NCBI GenBank assembly: GCA_965202625.1
Contig: CBDBBI010000010.1
Coordinates: forward strand, 2,432,001-2,496,000
From: a bacterium
GTDB lineage: Bacteria; UBA8248
DNA: 64,000 nucleotides
Direction of reading: 5' to 3'
Part shown: piece by piece, positions 30,066 through 41,500 of the stretch
Position numbering within the stretch: position 1 is the first letter of the stretch
Layout: each line of letters opens with the position of its first letter
The notes under the pieces: generated by a model
Seen by the model: the letters and a program-made list of their open reading frames with translations, nothing else
Databases searched by the model: none
Told to the model about the DNA's origin: nothing
Program-made: the position numbers and the translations under genes

Positions 30066-31151
30066 ATGCTCATTTTAAGACGTCAGATGTTGCAGACCGC
30101 AGCCCGTGCCGCGCTCTTGGCCATCGTCGGCGTCCCTCACAACGCGCGCGCCTCGATGATGGGCCGTTTGTTCGATTGGCTGAATAGCCGCCCCGTCGAG
30201 ACTCCCGCTTCCGGAGAGGGAATTCTGGATTTCGCCGCGCGTGTTCTTCCCGAAGTCACGCCGACTGAAAAATTCTACGTGCAGAGCATCGGTGCCGCGC
30301 CGCCCGCGATATCTCCTCGAGAATGGCGGCTGAAGGTAAAGGGCGAAGTGGTCGCGCCGTTTTCCGCCTCTTTGTCCGAGATGAACGTGCTGGGACGAGT
30401 GAAAACTTGGGCGACGATGACCTGTATCGGAAATCCAGTGGGCGGCGGACAGATAGGAAACGCCTTGTGGGAGGGGATGCCGCTCAAAACGCTTTTGGAG
30501 CGCGTCGGCGTGGCGGAGCGTGTCCGCCGCTCCGTCGCTGCCAGGGTCATCTTTCGCGCGGCGGATGGCTACCACGATTCGATATCTCTCGAACGGGCGC
30601 TGGACGCGAGGACGCTTCTTTGCACGAAGATGAACGGAGAGAATCTTCCGCGAGATCATGGCGCCCCGCTCAGGCTCCTGGCGCCGGGCGTCTATGGTCT
30701 CAAGAACGTGAAATGGATTGAATCCATTGAAATCTCCACCCAAGGTCATGGTGGGGGGTATTGGCAAAGGCGCGGCTGGTCAGATGAGGAGATTGTCGAG
30801 ACGCTGAGTCGCTTCGAGGCTCCCAGAAGGCGCGTTCAGGTGCGCGTCCCCCGCATCTGGCTCGTGGGTTCCGCTTTTGCGGGCGATAGGGGAATTCGCA
30901 GGGTGGAAGTAACCTACGGCCAAGGAAGACGTTTGCGTCCCTGGACGCCCGCTTTGCTCAAGAAACCCCTCGGTACCCTCGCGTGGAGCGTCTGGGCGTT
31001 TCCTCTGCGTTTTGAGGGGAATGGATTTTATCCAGTGACGGTGCGGGCGGTGGATGGGACTGGAGAGACGCAGACGGATCGGATTTCCGATCCGCAACCC
31101 GGTGGATCGACCGGACGAATGGGGCTTAGCGTATATGTGAGAGACTTATAG
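30066..31151 (+). CDS. Tat-exported molybdopterin oxidoreductase, sulfite oxidase family
   Basis: LRRQML signal ending NARA; Mo-binding Cys in TCIGNP; DHGAPLRL, KNVKW, GYWQRRGW; C-terminal dimerisation domain. Confidence 0.88.
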   Translation: MLILRRQMLQTAARAALLAIVGVPHNARASMMGRLFDWLNSRPVETPASGEGILDFAARVLPEVTPTEKFYVQSIGAAPPAISPREWRLKVKGEVVAPFSASLSEMNVLGRVKTWATMTCIGNPVGGGQIGNALWEGMPLKTLLERVGVAERVRRSVAARVIFRAADGYHDSISLERALDARTLLCTKMNGENLPRDHGAPLRLLAPGVYGLKNVKWIESIEISTQGHGGGYWQRRGWSDEEIVETLSRFEAPRRRVQVRVPRIWLVGSAFAGDRGIRRVEVTYGQGRRLRPWTPALLKKPLGTLAWSVWAFPLRFEGNGFYPVTVRAVDGTGETQTDRISDPQPGGSTGRMGLSVYVRDL

Positions 31152-31172
31152 GCGAATCAAGAGACGCACACG

Positions 31173-31206
31173 AAAAACCCCCGCCGAGCGCGTCCGGCGG
31201 GGGTTT
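31173..31206. terminator. Intrinsic terminator between convergent genes
   Basis: AAAAACCCCCGCCG-8nt-CGGCGGGGGTTT. Confidence 0.8.
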
Positions 31207-31227
31207 GGTCTTCTAGGAGCGTGAGGG

Positions 31228-32286
31228 TTAGCGGCGTTTGCCACCCACGATGTTCGTCGCGCGCTTCTGGCGCTTGATCATCCACTCTTTGGGCGCCTCA
31301 ATGCCGCTGCGATCCATAATGTCGAGATTGTGTTGATACGCCATGAAATTCTGGATGTAGCTCAGCGTACCGCCTCGGTGAGGCGCTCCAGACGGCTGGC
31401 GACCCTCAATCAGGTCGATCATGTTGTAAACCGCCTCTTTCGCCATGGCGATCTGCTCGGCCAGCACCGCCGCGTGCACCCAGCCGTCGCGAATGTCTTT
31501 TTCGATGCCGACGACAAGGTTGTGCGTCACGATCTTGATCTGGCCCGGCTTGTAGCCGGCCGCTTTCACGGCGTCCACGGTGCCTCGGGCGATGAGCGTC
31601 GCCCAAGGGTAAATGCCCTTTACGTCCGGGTGCTTCTTGAGCAGATCCTCCGCCGTCTGGTAGGCGGCCTGCACGTTCGATTTAGTGAATTCCTTCGCCA
31701 CGATCTGGATTTTGGGATAGTGGCTTATGTAATCCTCAAAACCTTTGGCCATGGAAGTCACCATCTCGATGCCGCTGGGCCCAGGCAGCATCATCACTTT
31801 GCCTTGGTAGTTGATGGAGTGCGCCAAGGTAGAGCCGATGAGAAGACCCAATTCGTAACTGTTTTTCATGACGCGGTTTTTGACGCGACTGCTGTCTAGG
31901 TCAATGTTGTCCACGACGACCTTAATGCCTTTGTCCATCGCTTTGTGCACGGCGTCCACCATGCCCTTGGTGCTGATGGGGCAGATGATCATCCCGTCGT
32001 ATCTCGCGGCGATGATGTCCTCCACGTGGGCCACCTGCTTGGGCAGGAACTCATAGCCGCCCGCGTCGAACATGGTCACGCTCACGCCGGCGTCTTTTGC
32101 CGCCTGAACGCTGCCGTACCATTTCGAGAAGAAATAGGGGTCGACGCCATTCGGCACGACCACGGCGATCTTGTAATTCTTCTTCGCCTTCCTTGCCGCC
32201 TCAGCGTCCGGTGCCGCTGTTATCGTTGCGAAGACGAACGTGAAGACAGAAGCGAGAACCATGAAAGAGCGAAACAGTTTTTTCAT
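31228..32286 (-). CDS. Sugar ABC transporter substrate-binding protein
   Basis: Signal peptide MKKLFRSF...AEA; periplasmic binding protein type 1 pattern; RBS GGAG. Confidence 0.88.
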   Translation of the reverse strand: MKKLFRSFMVLASVFTFVFATITAAPDAEAARKAKKNYKIAVVVPNGVDPYFFSKWYGSVQAAKDAGVSVTMFDAGGYEFLPKQVAHVEDIIAARYDGMIICPISTKGMVDAVHKAMDKGIKVVVDNIDLDSSRVKNRVMKNSYELGLLIGSTLAHSINYQGKVMMLPGPSGIEMVTSMAKGFEDYISHYPKIQIVAKEFTKSNVQAAYQTAEDLLKKHPDVKGIYPWATLIARGTVDAVKAAGYKPGQIKIVTHNLVVGIEKDIRDGWVHAAVLAEQIAMAKEAVYNMIDLIEGRQPSGAPHRGGTLSYIQNFMAYQHNLDIMDRSGIEAPKEWMIKRQKRATNIVGGKRR

Positions 32287-32378
32287 TTTGAATCTTCTCC
32301 TCGCAGAATGGGTTTCACGGACGAAATCGCTCTCCTCCGCGAAAGGAAAAATACCTGCTGCAATAATCGTATTTCCTA

Positions 32379-33374
32379 TTATTCCCGCCGTTTGCGGGAG
32401 CTTGCCACCACAGCCGCGATGAGCAAGACGCCTACCACCACCTCCCGGGCAAACGTGCCTACGCCCAAGAGAATCAGGCCATTGAGCAAAAATGTGAGGA
32501 ACAGCGTCCCGATCGCCGCTTGTACCACGCCTCCCTCTCCGCCGTGAAACGTCGTTCCTCCCACCACGGTGGCCGCCAGGGATTGAAACTCGAGCTGAAA
32601 CCCCGCGAGGCCGTTCGTGGCGGGGAGTCTCGCCAAATAGAGGAACGAGGTGATGCCCACGCAGATGCCGCTGATCAGATAGCAAATGAGTTTCACCTTG
32701 CCTGTATCGATGCCCGAGAGGCGCGCGGCCTCTTCGTTCCCGCCGGTCAAATATATCGCCCGGCCCAGTATCGTTCGTTTTGTCAGCAGGTAGAGAGCGA
32801 TGAAAAAGACGATGGCGATGAAGAGCGTTCCAGGAATGTGAAAGAAATCCGTGAGGCCGATGGCTTGCAGAATGTCTTTTTGTTTACCCGTGAACTGATG
32901 AATGGTGCGCCCGCCCGTAAAGACCAAGGCGATGCCGGCACAGATGAAAAGCATGCTCAGGGTGACGATGAAGGGCTGTATCTTCACGCGGCCTACGAGG
33001 TAGCCGTTGATGAAGCCGAACATCGTCGCCATTGCGATGCCCATCAAAACGCCCACCGCGAGGCCGAAGTCCAGAATGCCTTGGGCCATCACCACGCTGG
33101 AGAGGCTGAGCAGGGAGCCCTGGCTCAGGTCGATTCCCGACACGAGCAGCACCATGCTTTGGCCGGCGACGATGAAGAACAGGAGAGAGGCGTTCCTGAG
33201 CTGGTTGGTCAGGTTATGGGTTTCGATGAAGTTGTGCACGTAGCCCATCAACTGAAGAAGGTAGAAAACGACCATCATTATGATGAACACCATGAACAAA
33301 CCGTATTTCTCGTAATTGAACATGGTCAGGAAAGAGGCGGAAGGTCTGGATGGGGTCTCCGCTATGTTTGCCAT
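32379..33374 (-). CDS. Sugar ABC transporter permease (RbsC-like)
   Basis: SGIDLS, PFIVTL, GGNEEAARLSGI. Confidence 0.92.
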   Translation of the reverse strand: MANIAETPSRPSASFLTMFNYEKYGLFMVFIIMMVVFYLLQLMGYVHNFIETHNLTNQLRNASLLFFIVAGQSMVLLVSGIDLSQGSLLSLSSVVMAQGILDFGLAVGVLMGIAMATMFGFINGYLVGRVKIQPFIVTLSMLFICAGIALVFTGGRTIHQFTGKQKDILQAIGLTDFFHIPGTLFIAIVFFIALYLLTKRTILGRAIYLTGGNEEAARLSGIDTGKVKLICYLISGICVGITSFLYLARLPATNGLAGFQLEFQSLAATVVGGTTFHGGEGGVVQAAIGTLFLTFLLNGLILLGVGTFAREVVVGVLLIAAVVASSRKRRE

Positions 33375-33389
33375 GATGTGGAGTCTCCC

Positions 33390-34403
33390 TTAGTTTTTTC
33401 GCTCGCGCAGGGTGCTGACCCAGATGGAGGAGAGGATGACCAAACCGACGATGATTTGCTGCCGGTAGGTGTCGATTCCCATGATGTTCAGTCCGTTCAC
33501 GAGGAATATGATCAGAAAAACGCCGAGTGTTGTGCCCAACACGCCGCCTCGTCCTCCGAAGATATGCGTGCCGCCGATGATGGTCGCCCCGATCGATTGG
33601 AGCAACTGATCACCGCCGCCCAGCCTCGGCTCGCCCGCCGCGCTGACGTTCGCTGAGAGAAGAAGGCCCGCGAAGCCGCACAAAAGTCCGCCGATGCCGA
33701 AAATGGCGATCTTCATGGCGGGAAAGTTGATGCCTGCGGAAATCGCCGTCTGTTCGTTTCCGCCAAGAGCGTATACGTAGGTGCCAAAGCGGGTGTGTTT
33801 GAGTAAATACCACATGGACGCCAGCGCGATAAGTATCCAGATGAACGTGAACGGAACCGGCCCTAAGTTTCCTTTCGCCAAGAATACGTATGCCTCCTCA
33901 ACATGTTTTTGTAGCGTCGCGCCCTCTCTCGCGCCCCCCATTTGAAGGCCGCCGGTCCAAAGTTGCGCTGTACCGCTTCCGACGAAGAGCATCCCCAATG
34001 TGGCGATGAACGGCTGAACCCTGACCACGCCGACGAGGAACCCGTTGATGACGCCGCACAACAGGCCGATGCCGATGCCGGCGATGAGGCCGACGAAAAA
34101 CCCGAAGTGCAGCATCGCGCTCCAGGCCATCACGCTCACCACGCTCATGATCGAACCCTGGGATAGGTCAAATCCCCCCGAGAGAATGACCAACGTTTGC
34201 GCGTAGGCGAGGAAGAAGAGCCAGGCGTCGCGTCGCACGACGTTAGCGAAGTTCTCGAGGGTCAGGAAATTCTCGGTCGCAAAGGTGTAGAAGATCATCA
34301 AAACGGCGAACGCGAAGATGAGGAGCGCGCGTTCCCACGGGATATCCTTGGCCGGGTATCCCAGAATGCGCTTTTCATACCCCATAGATGTCGCAGCACT
34401 CAT
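33390..34403 (-). CDS. Sugar ABC transporter permease (RbsC-like)
   Basis: SGGFDLS, PFIATLG, GGNEQTAISAGI. Confidence 0.92.
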   Translation of the reverse strand: MSAATSMGYEKRILGYPAKDIPWERALLIFAFAVLMIFYTFATENFLTLENFANVVRRDAWLFFLAYAQTLVILSGGFDLSQGSIMSVVSVMAWSAMLHFGFFVGLIAGIGIGLLCGVINGFLVGVVRVQPFIATLGMLFVGSGTAQLWTGGLQMGGAREGATLQKHVEEAYVFLAKGNLGPVPFTFIWILIALASMWYLLKHTRFGTYVYALGGNEQTAISAGINFPAMKIAIFGIGGLLCGFAGLLLSANVSAAGEPRLGGGDQLLQSIGATIIGGTHIFGGRGGVLGTTLGVFLIIFLVNGLNIMGIDTYRQQIIVGLVILSSIWVSTLRERKN

Positions 34404-34458
34404 TGCGCCTAAACTCCTATCGCTCGCATTTGGGCGAAACGTTCCGGCAAAACGCGGA

Positions 34459-36420
34459 TCATTCCGCCGTCATGGCGTAGCGCAGAATTTGCTCTTGCGT
34501 CGCGTCTTCCCTGCCGATATTCGCGGTGAGCCGTCCCTCGCGCATCACCAAAATGCGGTCGCTCATTCCGAGAATCTCCGGCAGTTCGCTTGAGATCATC
34601 ATCACCGCCGCGCCGTCCTTGGCGAGTTGCAGCATCTGTGAGTGGACCTCAAACTTCGCGCCTATGTCGATCCCGCGAGTCGGCTCGTCGAAGATGAGCA
34701 CGTTGGCGCGCCTGAAGAGCCACTTGGCGAGAACGACCTTTTGCTGGTTGCCGCCCGATAGAAAACGTACCTGCGTCTCCTGGCTCGGCGTTATGATTTT
34801 GAGCTGATTGATGTGCGTATCCACGAGGTCCTTCTCCATGCCCAAATTGAGCAGCCACCATCGCTTGATGAGGCGGATAAGGTTCGCGCTCGTGGTGTTG
34901 AAGGCGACTGAGAGTACCTGGGTGAGGCCCTGGGTTTTTCTGTCCTCGGGCAACAGCCCAAGCCCTCGTCGTATAGCCAGGCTCGGAGTCCACTTGCGCT
35001 CATGGGTGAGCGTTTTCAAGAATCGAATGAGGACCATGGCGACGCCGCCCCAGATCATGACCCATTCGAGAACGAAATTTTGGGTGAACAAACTCGTCAC
35101 GACCATCGCGCATGTCGCCAGGGCGTACCAGTTTGCGAAGTCGAAAGCCATGGTGTGCCAGTGATACTGCCGTTCCAGAAACCAGAGCCCTGCCTGCCGT
35201 ATGACGGCCAGCCCGGCGGCGGCGACGTAGGGAGCCGGTCCATCCGGTATGTTGTACAAGGGTCCACCGAGTGTCCACTCGTAAAACCACGCGCTGCTGA
35301 ACAAAGGAGGAGGCGTGTTCATGTTGAGCGTGATAGGGTCGTAAATTCCCTGAAAAATCACGGTGAAGAGGGGTAAAGCCAGAATGAAGACGACCACGTC
35401 CACGATTGCGATCCAAAATGGGTAATGCGGGAGACGCTGAATATATTCTTTCTCTTTTGTCGCGCTTGTCATCTCTACGGTACCGCTATCCACAGGGTCC
35501 GCCCCCATGACGGCTCGGGCCATTTCGGTTCTCCCTGCGCCGACGAGACCTGAGAGGCCCACGATTTCGCCGTAATGCAGGTCGAAGTCGATGTCTTCAA
35601 ATACGCCGTTTCGTGTGAGTCCACGCACGCGCAGGGCCACTTCTCCGCGCGTCCTAGGCGTCCATGGAAATTTTTCATCTAGTGTGCGTCCCACCATCTG
35701 CGTGATCAGAAAATCAAGCGCAATGTTCTGAATTTCCCATGTGCCCATGTATTCCCCGTCGCGCAAGACTGTGACGCGATCTCCAATTTCGTGGACTTCC
35801 TCGAGCCGATGGGAAATGTAGATGATGCCAACGCCCTGCTCGCGCAGCAGCTTGACCGCCTTGAATAGTTCCTCGATCTCGTGCCCGCTTAAGGAGGAGG
35901 TGGGCTCGTCCATCACCAGAATCTTGCAGTCGAAGGCGAGCGCGCGGGCGATCTCCACCATTTGCTGATCCGCCACGCTTAAAGAGCGGATCGGCGCGTT
36001 GACGTCGATTCTCACGTCCAGGCGTTCCATGATCGCCTGTGACTCTCGTTCGACTTTTGCCCAATCCACGCGCTTCATGACGCCGGCAAGGACGGGTTCT
36101 CTGCCCAGGAATATGTTTTTTGCCACGCTTAAATCGGGCACGAGATTCAGTTCCTGGTAGATGACGCTGATGCCTAAATCGCGTCCGGTTCTGGCGTCGG
36201 AAACCACAGTGGGCGTTTCGTTGATCTCGATTTCGCCTGAATCGGCTTGATAGATGCCCGCCAAAATTTTAATGAGCGTGGATTTTCCGGCCCCGTTCTC
36301 ACCCAGGAGAATGTGAACCTCGCCTTCTCTGAGGTTGAAATCGACTTCCTTGAGCGCATGAACGCCCGGAAAGGATTTGTCGATTTTCCGCATTTGAAGC
36401 AAATTCGGGGATGTGGGCAC
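34459..36420 (-). CDS. Sugar ABC transporter ATP-binding protein (RbsA-like) with membrane insertion
   Basis: GENGAGKS, MDEPT, GLVGAGRT, LSGGNQQK, FDEPTRG; ~150-aa hydrophobic insert at 34990-35469. Confidence 0.9.
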   Translation of the reverse strand: MPTSPNLLQMRKIDKSFPGVHALKEVDFNLREGEVHILLGENGAGKSTLIKILAGIYQADSGEIEINETPTVVSDARTGRDLGISVIYQELNLVPDLSVAKNIFLGREPVLAGVMKRVDWAKVERESQAIMERLDVRIDVNAPIRSLSVADQQMVEIARALAFDCKILVMDEPTSSLSGHEIEELFKAVKLLREQGVGIIYISHRLEEVHEIGDRVTVLRDGEYMGTWEIQNIALDFLITQMVGRTLDEKFPWTPRTRGEVALRVRGLTRNGVFEDIDFDLHYGEIVGLSGLVGAGRTEMARAVMGADPVDSGTVEMTSATKEKEYIQRLPHYPFWIAIVDVVVFILALPLFTVIFQGIYDPITLNMNTPPPLFSSAWFYEWTLGGPLYNIPDGPAPYVAAAGLAVIRQAGLWFLERQYHWHTMAFDFANWYALATCAMVVTSLFTQNFVLEWVMIWGGVAMVLIRFLKTLTHERKWTPSLAIRRGLGLLPEDRKTQGLTQVLSVAFNTTSANLIRLIKRWWLLNLGMEKDLVDTHINQLKIITPSQETQVRFLSGGNQQKVVLAKWLFRRANVLIFDEPTRGIDIGAKFEVHSQMLQLAKDGAAVMMISSELPEILGMSDRILVMREGRLTANIGREDATQEQILRYAMTAE

Positions 36421-36959
36421 GAAAGGTCACTTTCAAAACAAGGCTTTACGAATTGGAAATGCGCGGCGAACAACCAGGGGCAAACCCCCTTTCCCCAAGT
36501 CTCTATTTTTCATTTTTGAAAACGGAAAGTACTTTATCGGAGTTGGGTTTGCTTTTCAACCTGAAAATCTTGCGGAGATCGGAGCGAAAAATGATTTCAT
36601 CAAAAATTGTGGTATGATTTGTACGTGCGCTTCAGCAAAAAATTCTTCGCATGGGGTTTTTATGCGTTTTTTCAAGATGATGGGGTTTGTCGCTCTCATT
36701 CTCATGGGCGTGACGAGCGCGGCCGTCGCGCAGACGCACGGTAAGATCGACGGCTGTTTGGCCTCGCTCTACAACTACCCCTCTGAGACGCTTCCGCATA
36801 GCGCTTCAAAGAAGGCGTCCTCGCCTTTGGAGGCGAGAGGAAAACTCCGGGTGGGCGAAGCGGGCGAGGGCGTCCATTCGCAGCTGGGTCTTCGGTTGCA
36901 ACATCACGCCAGGGAATGAACCTTCTCTCCTTGGTGACGAAATCCGTCGAGGGGCGCCC

Positions 36960-37154
36960 TCATCGGTCGATGACGTTTAGGCAAGTGGCGGATGGCGCAT
37001 GTTGCGCCGGCCAATCCATCCCGTCTTCAAAGCGCGCCCAAATGCTCGTGTCCCGGGCGAAGCCGCTCTCCGGTAATGCGACCAAGGCGATATCCACGAT
37101 CGCCGACTCATCAAAGCCGCTCTCGCGCAACGCCTGGAACCCCTCGTGTCTCAT
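36960..37154 (-). pseudogene. Possible AhpD/carboxymuconolactone decarboxylase fragment
   Basis: FQALRESGFDESAIVDIALV resembles the C-terminal helix of this family; rest missing. Confidence 0.3.
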
Positions 37155-37193
37155 TCATTGTTCGTTGCGCGTGCGCGCTTTCTGGCCACGAAG

Positions 37194-37224
37194 AAAAAAC
37201 CCCCTGCCGAAGCAGGGGGTTTTT
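37194..37224 (-). terminator. Intrinsic terminator (UUCG loop on - strand, bidirectional)
   Basis: AAAAAACCCCCTGC-CGAA-GCAGGGGGTTTTT just after the TAXI gene. Confidence 0.85.
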
Positions 37225-37241
37225 AGGGATTTTGTTGATTT

Positions 37242-38219
37242 TTACATCATGCCGGCTTCTTTCCAGTAGCGCGCCGCGCCGGGATGCATTTTGAGTTTTT
37301 TCAAGCCGCGAAGTCCGGTCTTTTTGGTGATGAACTTTCCAGCAGGATGGTATTTGGTGATTTGCTCGTGATTGTCATAGAGGGATTTGACGATCGCATA
37401 TGCGTTGTCGTTGCTCATCTTGCTGTTGGTCATAATGGTCCACATCTGGCCCCAACTCACGACGTCCTTGTCGTAGCCTGGAATGGAGCCGGCGCTGACG
37501 ACGTCGCGCACGATGCCCGCTTCGTTCTCGGCCAGTTTTTTGATCGTGGCTTCATCCGGGCCAAAGAAGTGAAGTTTGCCCGAGAGAGTGCGCGACAGGT
37601 CCATATACACGGGCGCGGGAACGCCCCCGTTCAGGAAGAAAAAGCCGGCGTCCACCCTTTGGTCTTTGAGGGCGGCGGAATTCTGGTTGTTGTTGAAGAA
37701 TTCCCGTTTCACCTTCTCGAACATGCCGCTGTGCTTGAGCGCGATTTGCGTAACGATGTAAATTGAGCCGCCGCGACCGCCGACGACGAATCTTTTGCCG
37801 TCCAGGTCGGCCCAGTTCTTGATTCCCGTGGATTTGAAGGTGGTGTAGACGACCGTCAGCGGATAAAGAGCGCCAAGCGCCATAACGTCTTGGGGCTTCT
37901 TGAAGGGTTTTCTGCCCGTTTGCCCCCAGGCGACGGCTGGTGCCGTGGCCATGCCCATGCGGAAGGGCTGGTTTTTGTTTTTCTTCTGAAGGATGCGGAC
38001 GTTGGCGGTAGAGCCGCCTGTGACGGATGCGGATACCGAAATCTTTCCGCCCGAGTTATCCGTGATGACTTTGCCCATCGCGGTTCCGATCTCGAAGGTG
38101 GCACCGCCGGGCTGGGACGTTCCCAGAAGTATTTTGGCTGCGTCCGCCATCGGGGCCGTCCCGACAATAAAGGCGAGGCCTGCTGCCAAGGTAAGCAGGC
38201 GAAGCGTGGACTTGCTCAT
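37242..38219 (-). CDS. TAXI family TRAP transporter solute-binding protein
   Basis: Signal peptide, GTSQPGG, TGGSTAN, GGRGGS, HPGAARYWKEAG. Confidence 0.92.
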   Translation of the reverse strand: MSKSTLRLLTLAAGLAFIVGTAPMADAAKILLGTSQPGGATFEIGTAMGKVITDNSGGKISVSASVTGGSTANVRILQKKNKNQPFRMGMATAPAVAWGQTGRKPFKKPQDVMALGALYPLTVVYTTFKSTGIKNWADLDGKRFVVGGRGGSIYIVTQIALKHSGMFEKVKREFFNNNQNSAALKDQRVDAGFFFLNGGVPAPVYMDLSRTLSGKLHFFGPDEATIKKLAENEAGIVRDVVSAGSIPGYDKDVVSWGQMWTIMTNSKMSNDNAYAIVKSLYDNHEQITKYHPAGKFITKKTGLRGLKKLKMHPGAARYWKEAGMM

Positions 38220-38513
38220 TTGCATCTCCTTTTGGGTATAAAGGTTGCTTGACTCCACTCTTGTTTCGATTCGTGATGCCGAAACGCATGAATAGACACC
38301 AAGCGTTCAGGTTTTCCAAATTCTTGATGCTGATACTAAAGCAAAACCTCGTAGTTTGGTCAAGTACTGAAATGCGCAGCGCGGAAGGTTTGATCGAGAA
38401 ATTGCGTGAGTCACTGGAAAAAGAGGGAGGCTATCCGTTAGAATGAATAGGTTCAAGTCCATCGCTTCGTTTCGTCATGGCGCATCCACCACGGTGGAGA
38501 AAGAAGGAGACTC

Positions 38514-41500
38514 ATGAGCACTGAATCAGACCCCACCCGGTCGGCTCCTCTCGTCCGGGCTCTGGTTTTCATCACGTCCTGGCTGTGCGTGCTCTCTGGC
38601 TTGTACCACATTTCGGCAGTCTATCTGCGGCCCTTGCCAGGCGAGATGCACCCCAACATGCACATGCTGCTCGCTTACGCCATTCTTCTCATCGGCGGCG
38701 CCGGGGCGATGCCCCAGATTTACGGAGACAAGATTCGGAAGTTGCAGTTTTTGCCCGTTTTGTATCTTTTCTCTTTGGTTCCCGCCGTTATTTTTTACTA
38801 TTTCGTCTATGAGATGGGAGAAGACTGGTCCGACGCGAGCGTTTGGTGGGTGTATGCGCTTCCGTTTTTCATATGGATGGCGATGATGGTCATGGAGAAG
38901 TCGTGGCTCGCGCTCCTGCTCTGGATTTTGGGCTTTGCTCCGGCACCGATACTGTTCTGGTATTGGGATTCCCTGCCCGAGAGCACGCATGAGCCCACGT
39001 TCTGGTGGCTGCTGGTCGCGTGTTCCGTCATTCCTGCGATGTGGACCTTGTTCGCGATTTTTTTCAGACCCGCCGAGGGCGTGAGAAAAGCGGGCGTCTT
39101 CCTCGTGGTGTTTTTCGTGGCGCTCATCCTGGGCGGGTGGCGGATAGGTTTGTGGGCCGCGCAGAGCGATGCGGTGCGAAGCGTGTTTTACCTTTGGCCG
39201 GTCGCCATATGCGCTTTTCCGCTTTTTTGGGCGAAAAAACGCGCCAAGGAGGTATTTGAGGCTTATCCGGCACACCCTTTTCCGGCGGGATTCACGATCG
39301 GGCTGAACGCCGGAATGCTTTTCTTCGTGGCTACCGCCTGTCTGTATCTTTTCTACTACCATGAAGACATGGTGGACCGCCCCGGCGCGCCGACGATCGG
39401 CGATGCGCGCGTTGGCTTCGTCATGCTCGTCGTCGCCCTCGAACTGACGAGGCGCTGCTTCGGCCCCCCGCTTCCGACTTTGGCGGTTATCGCCTTCGCC
39501 TATGGGGTCTGGGGCAATCTGTTCGCCCCTCCATTCGGGCACGGCGGCCATACGTGGCTCGAGCTTCAGGCGAAACTCTCGACCGATTTCATCGGAGGCG
39601 TTTTGGGTTTTCTGGTGGTCATCTCGGCCACGTTCATTATCATGTTCTTGATCTTGGGGGCGTTCCTGCACGAATCGGGCGCCGGACGCTTTTTCGTAAA
39701 TTTCGCCTTGGGCCTGTTCGGAAAGATGCGCGCGGGCGCGGGCCTCGCCGCGGTGGGATCAAGCGCGCTCATGGGCACGGTATCGGGCAGCGCTTCCGGC
39801 AACGTCGTCACCACCGGCACGTTCACGATTCCGCTGATGAAGCGCATCGGACTGAGTCCGCACATTGCCGGGGCGGCGGAGGCGGCGGCCAGCAGCGGCG
39901 GGCAGATCATGCCTCCCGTCATGGGCGCGGGCGCCTTCATCATGAGCGAACTCATTGAGGTGCCGTATTTCCAGCTCATCGGATACGCTACCATTCCGGC
40001 GATTTTGTATTTCACCATCGTGGGGATCAACATCCACTTCGCGGCCGGGGCGCTGAACATTCAGCCGTTGCCCAGTTCCGAGATTCCGAGCTGGAGGGCG
40101 GAGCTGAGAGACGGGTGGTTCTATCTCGTGCCCCTGGCGTTTTTGGTCTATTTCCTCTTTGAGGGCAGAACGCCCGTGTTCGCCGGTGTGATGTCGGTTT
40201 TCATCATGGTGGGGGTGTGGTTTTATCGGAACGTGGTGGAATTTCTTGGAACATTGCGGAAGGGCGAGAAGACCATCCCCGATGAGATTTTCGTTTTCGT
40301 GCCGGTGACGTTCTGGGTTTTCGCGTTCTTCCTTTTTGGACTTCTCACGGTTTTGGAGTGGGGTCTCGCGCTGCCGCTGGGAATGTATGGAGCACCCACC
40401 TGGGGCGGGGCCATGCGCGCCGCCCTGGCGTTGGGCGTCGCCGGCTTCGTCCTCCTCAGCGTTTTCACCCGCGCTCTCTCCTGGGCGGGCGAGTTTTGGG
40501 CGGAGACAGAGCGCAATTGGCTCGGCATCTTCCCGCTCGCTTTTCTGGGCTTGTGGGGCGTTTTCGGCCTCTCCTCGGGCGTGATCGGAGCCGCCGTTGT
40601 TCTGGCTCTCCTCGGCGCGCGCGCCGTCCTCAAAGGCAACGCCCCGCAGCCCGCCGCGACCATACCCTGGTATTTCGCCATGATTTGGGTGGGCGCCTAT
40701 TACGTCCAGACGGGGCTCTACGCGCTCCTTCCGGGGCTTGCGAACTTTGGCGAATGGTTCACCCCCTTCGGGTTCATCTACCACGCGCTCATCTTTTTCG
40801 GTCTCGCCGTGATCGTGCAGAAGGTCATTCTTTCGTTTGGTTCGCAGGCGGCGGAAGCGGATAGGCAGACGCCGAGCGTCAGGCAGGTGCTGGCCGTATC
40901 CTGTAATCCGTTCACCTATCTGGGATGGGCGAACAAGGGGGGCGAGACGGGAGCGGGGGTGCGCGCCGCCCAGGGTGCCTCCAGGTGGATTTTGAGCATC
41001 CGCGACGCCTTGCGGGTGGGGGGCAGGCAAGGGGCGGAATTCGCCGTGACGCTCGCCACCATTGAAGTCGTCGTCCAGGTACTGACCATCACGGGCGTGG
41101 GCAACAAGTTCGCCTTCATGATAGAGGCTCTCTCCAAGGACTTATGCCTGTTCGGGGCGGCGGCCGGCGGCGGGTGTGCGTATTACATCGGTCTTGACGG
41201 CTTCTTCGTCGCCTTGCTGCTGACGGCGGTTTGCTGCGCGATTCTGGGCATGGGGATGCCGACGACGGCCGCCTACGTGCTGCTCGCCATTCTGGGCGGA
41301 CCCGTGCTGATCAAACTCGTCGGCCCCGAGCTCACGCACGTCTATGGAGCGGAGTGGACGCAAGCGTTCGTGGCCGCCAAAGGCGACCGGGTGGCCGCCC
41401 ACATGTTCATCTTTTATTTCGCGATACTCTCCGCCATCACTCCGCCCGTGGCGATAGCCTCGCTCGTGGGGGCCAAGCTGGCGGGGGCGACTTACTTCAA

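Noticed and set aside
27988-31200. Intact prophage or integrative element at tmRNA
   Set aside because: No integrase, phage genes or attR copy seen in the window
36662-36919. Signal-peptide-bearing short ORF upstream of the ABC operon
   Set aside because: Plausible signal peptide but no recognisable mature domain; probably a remnant
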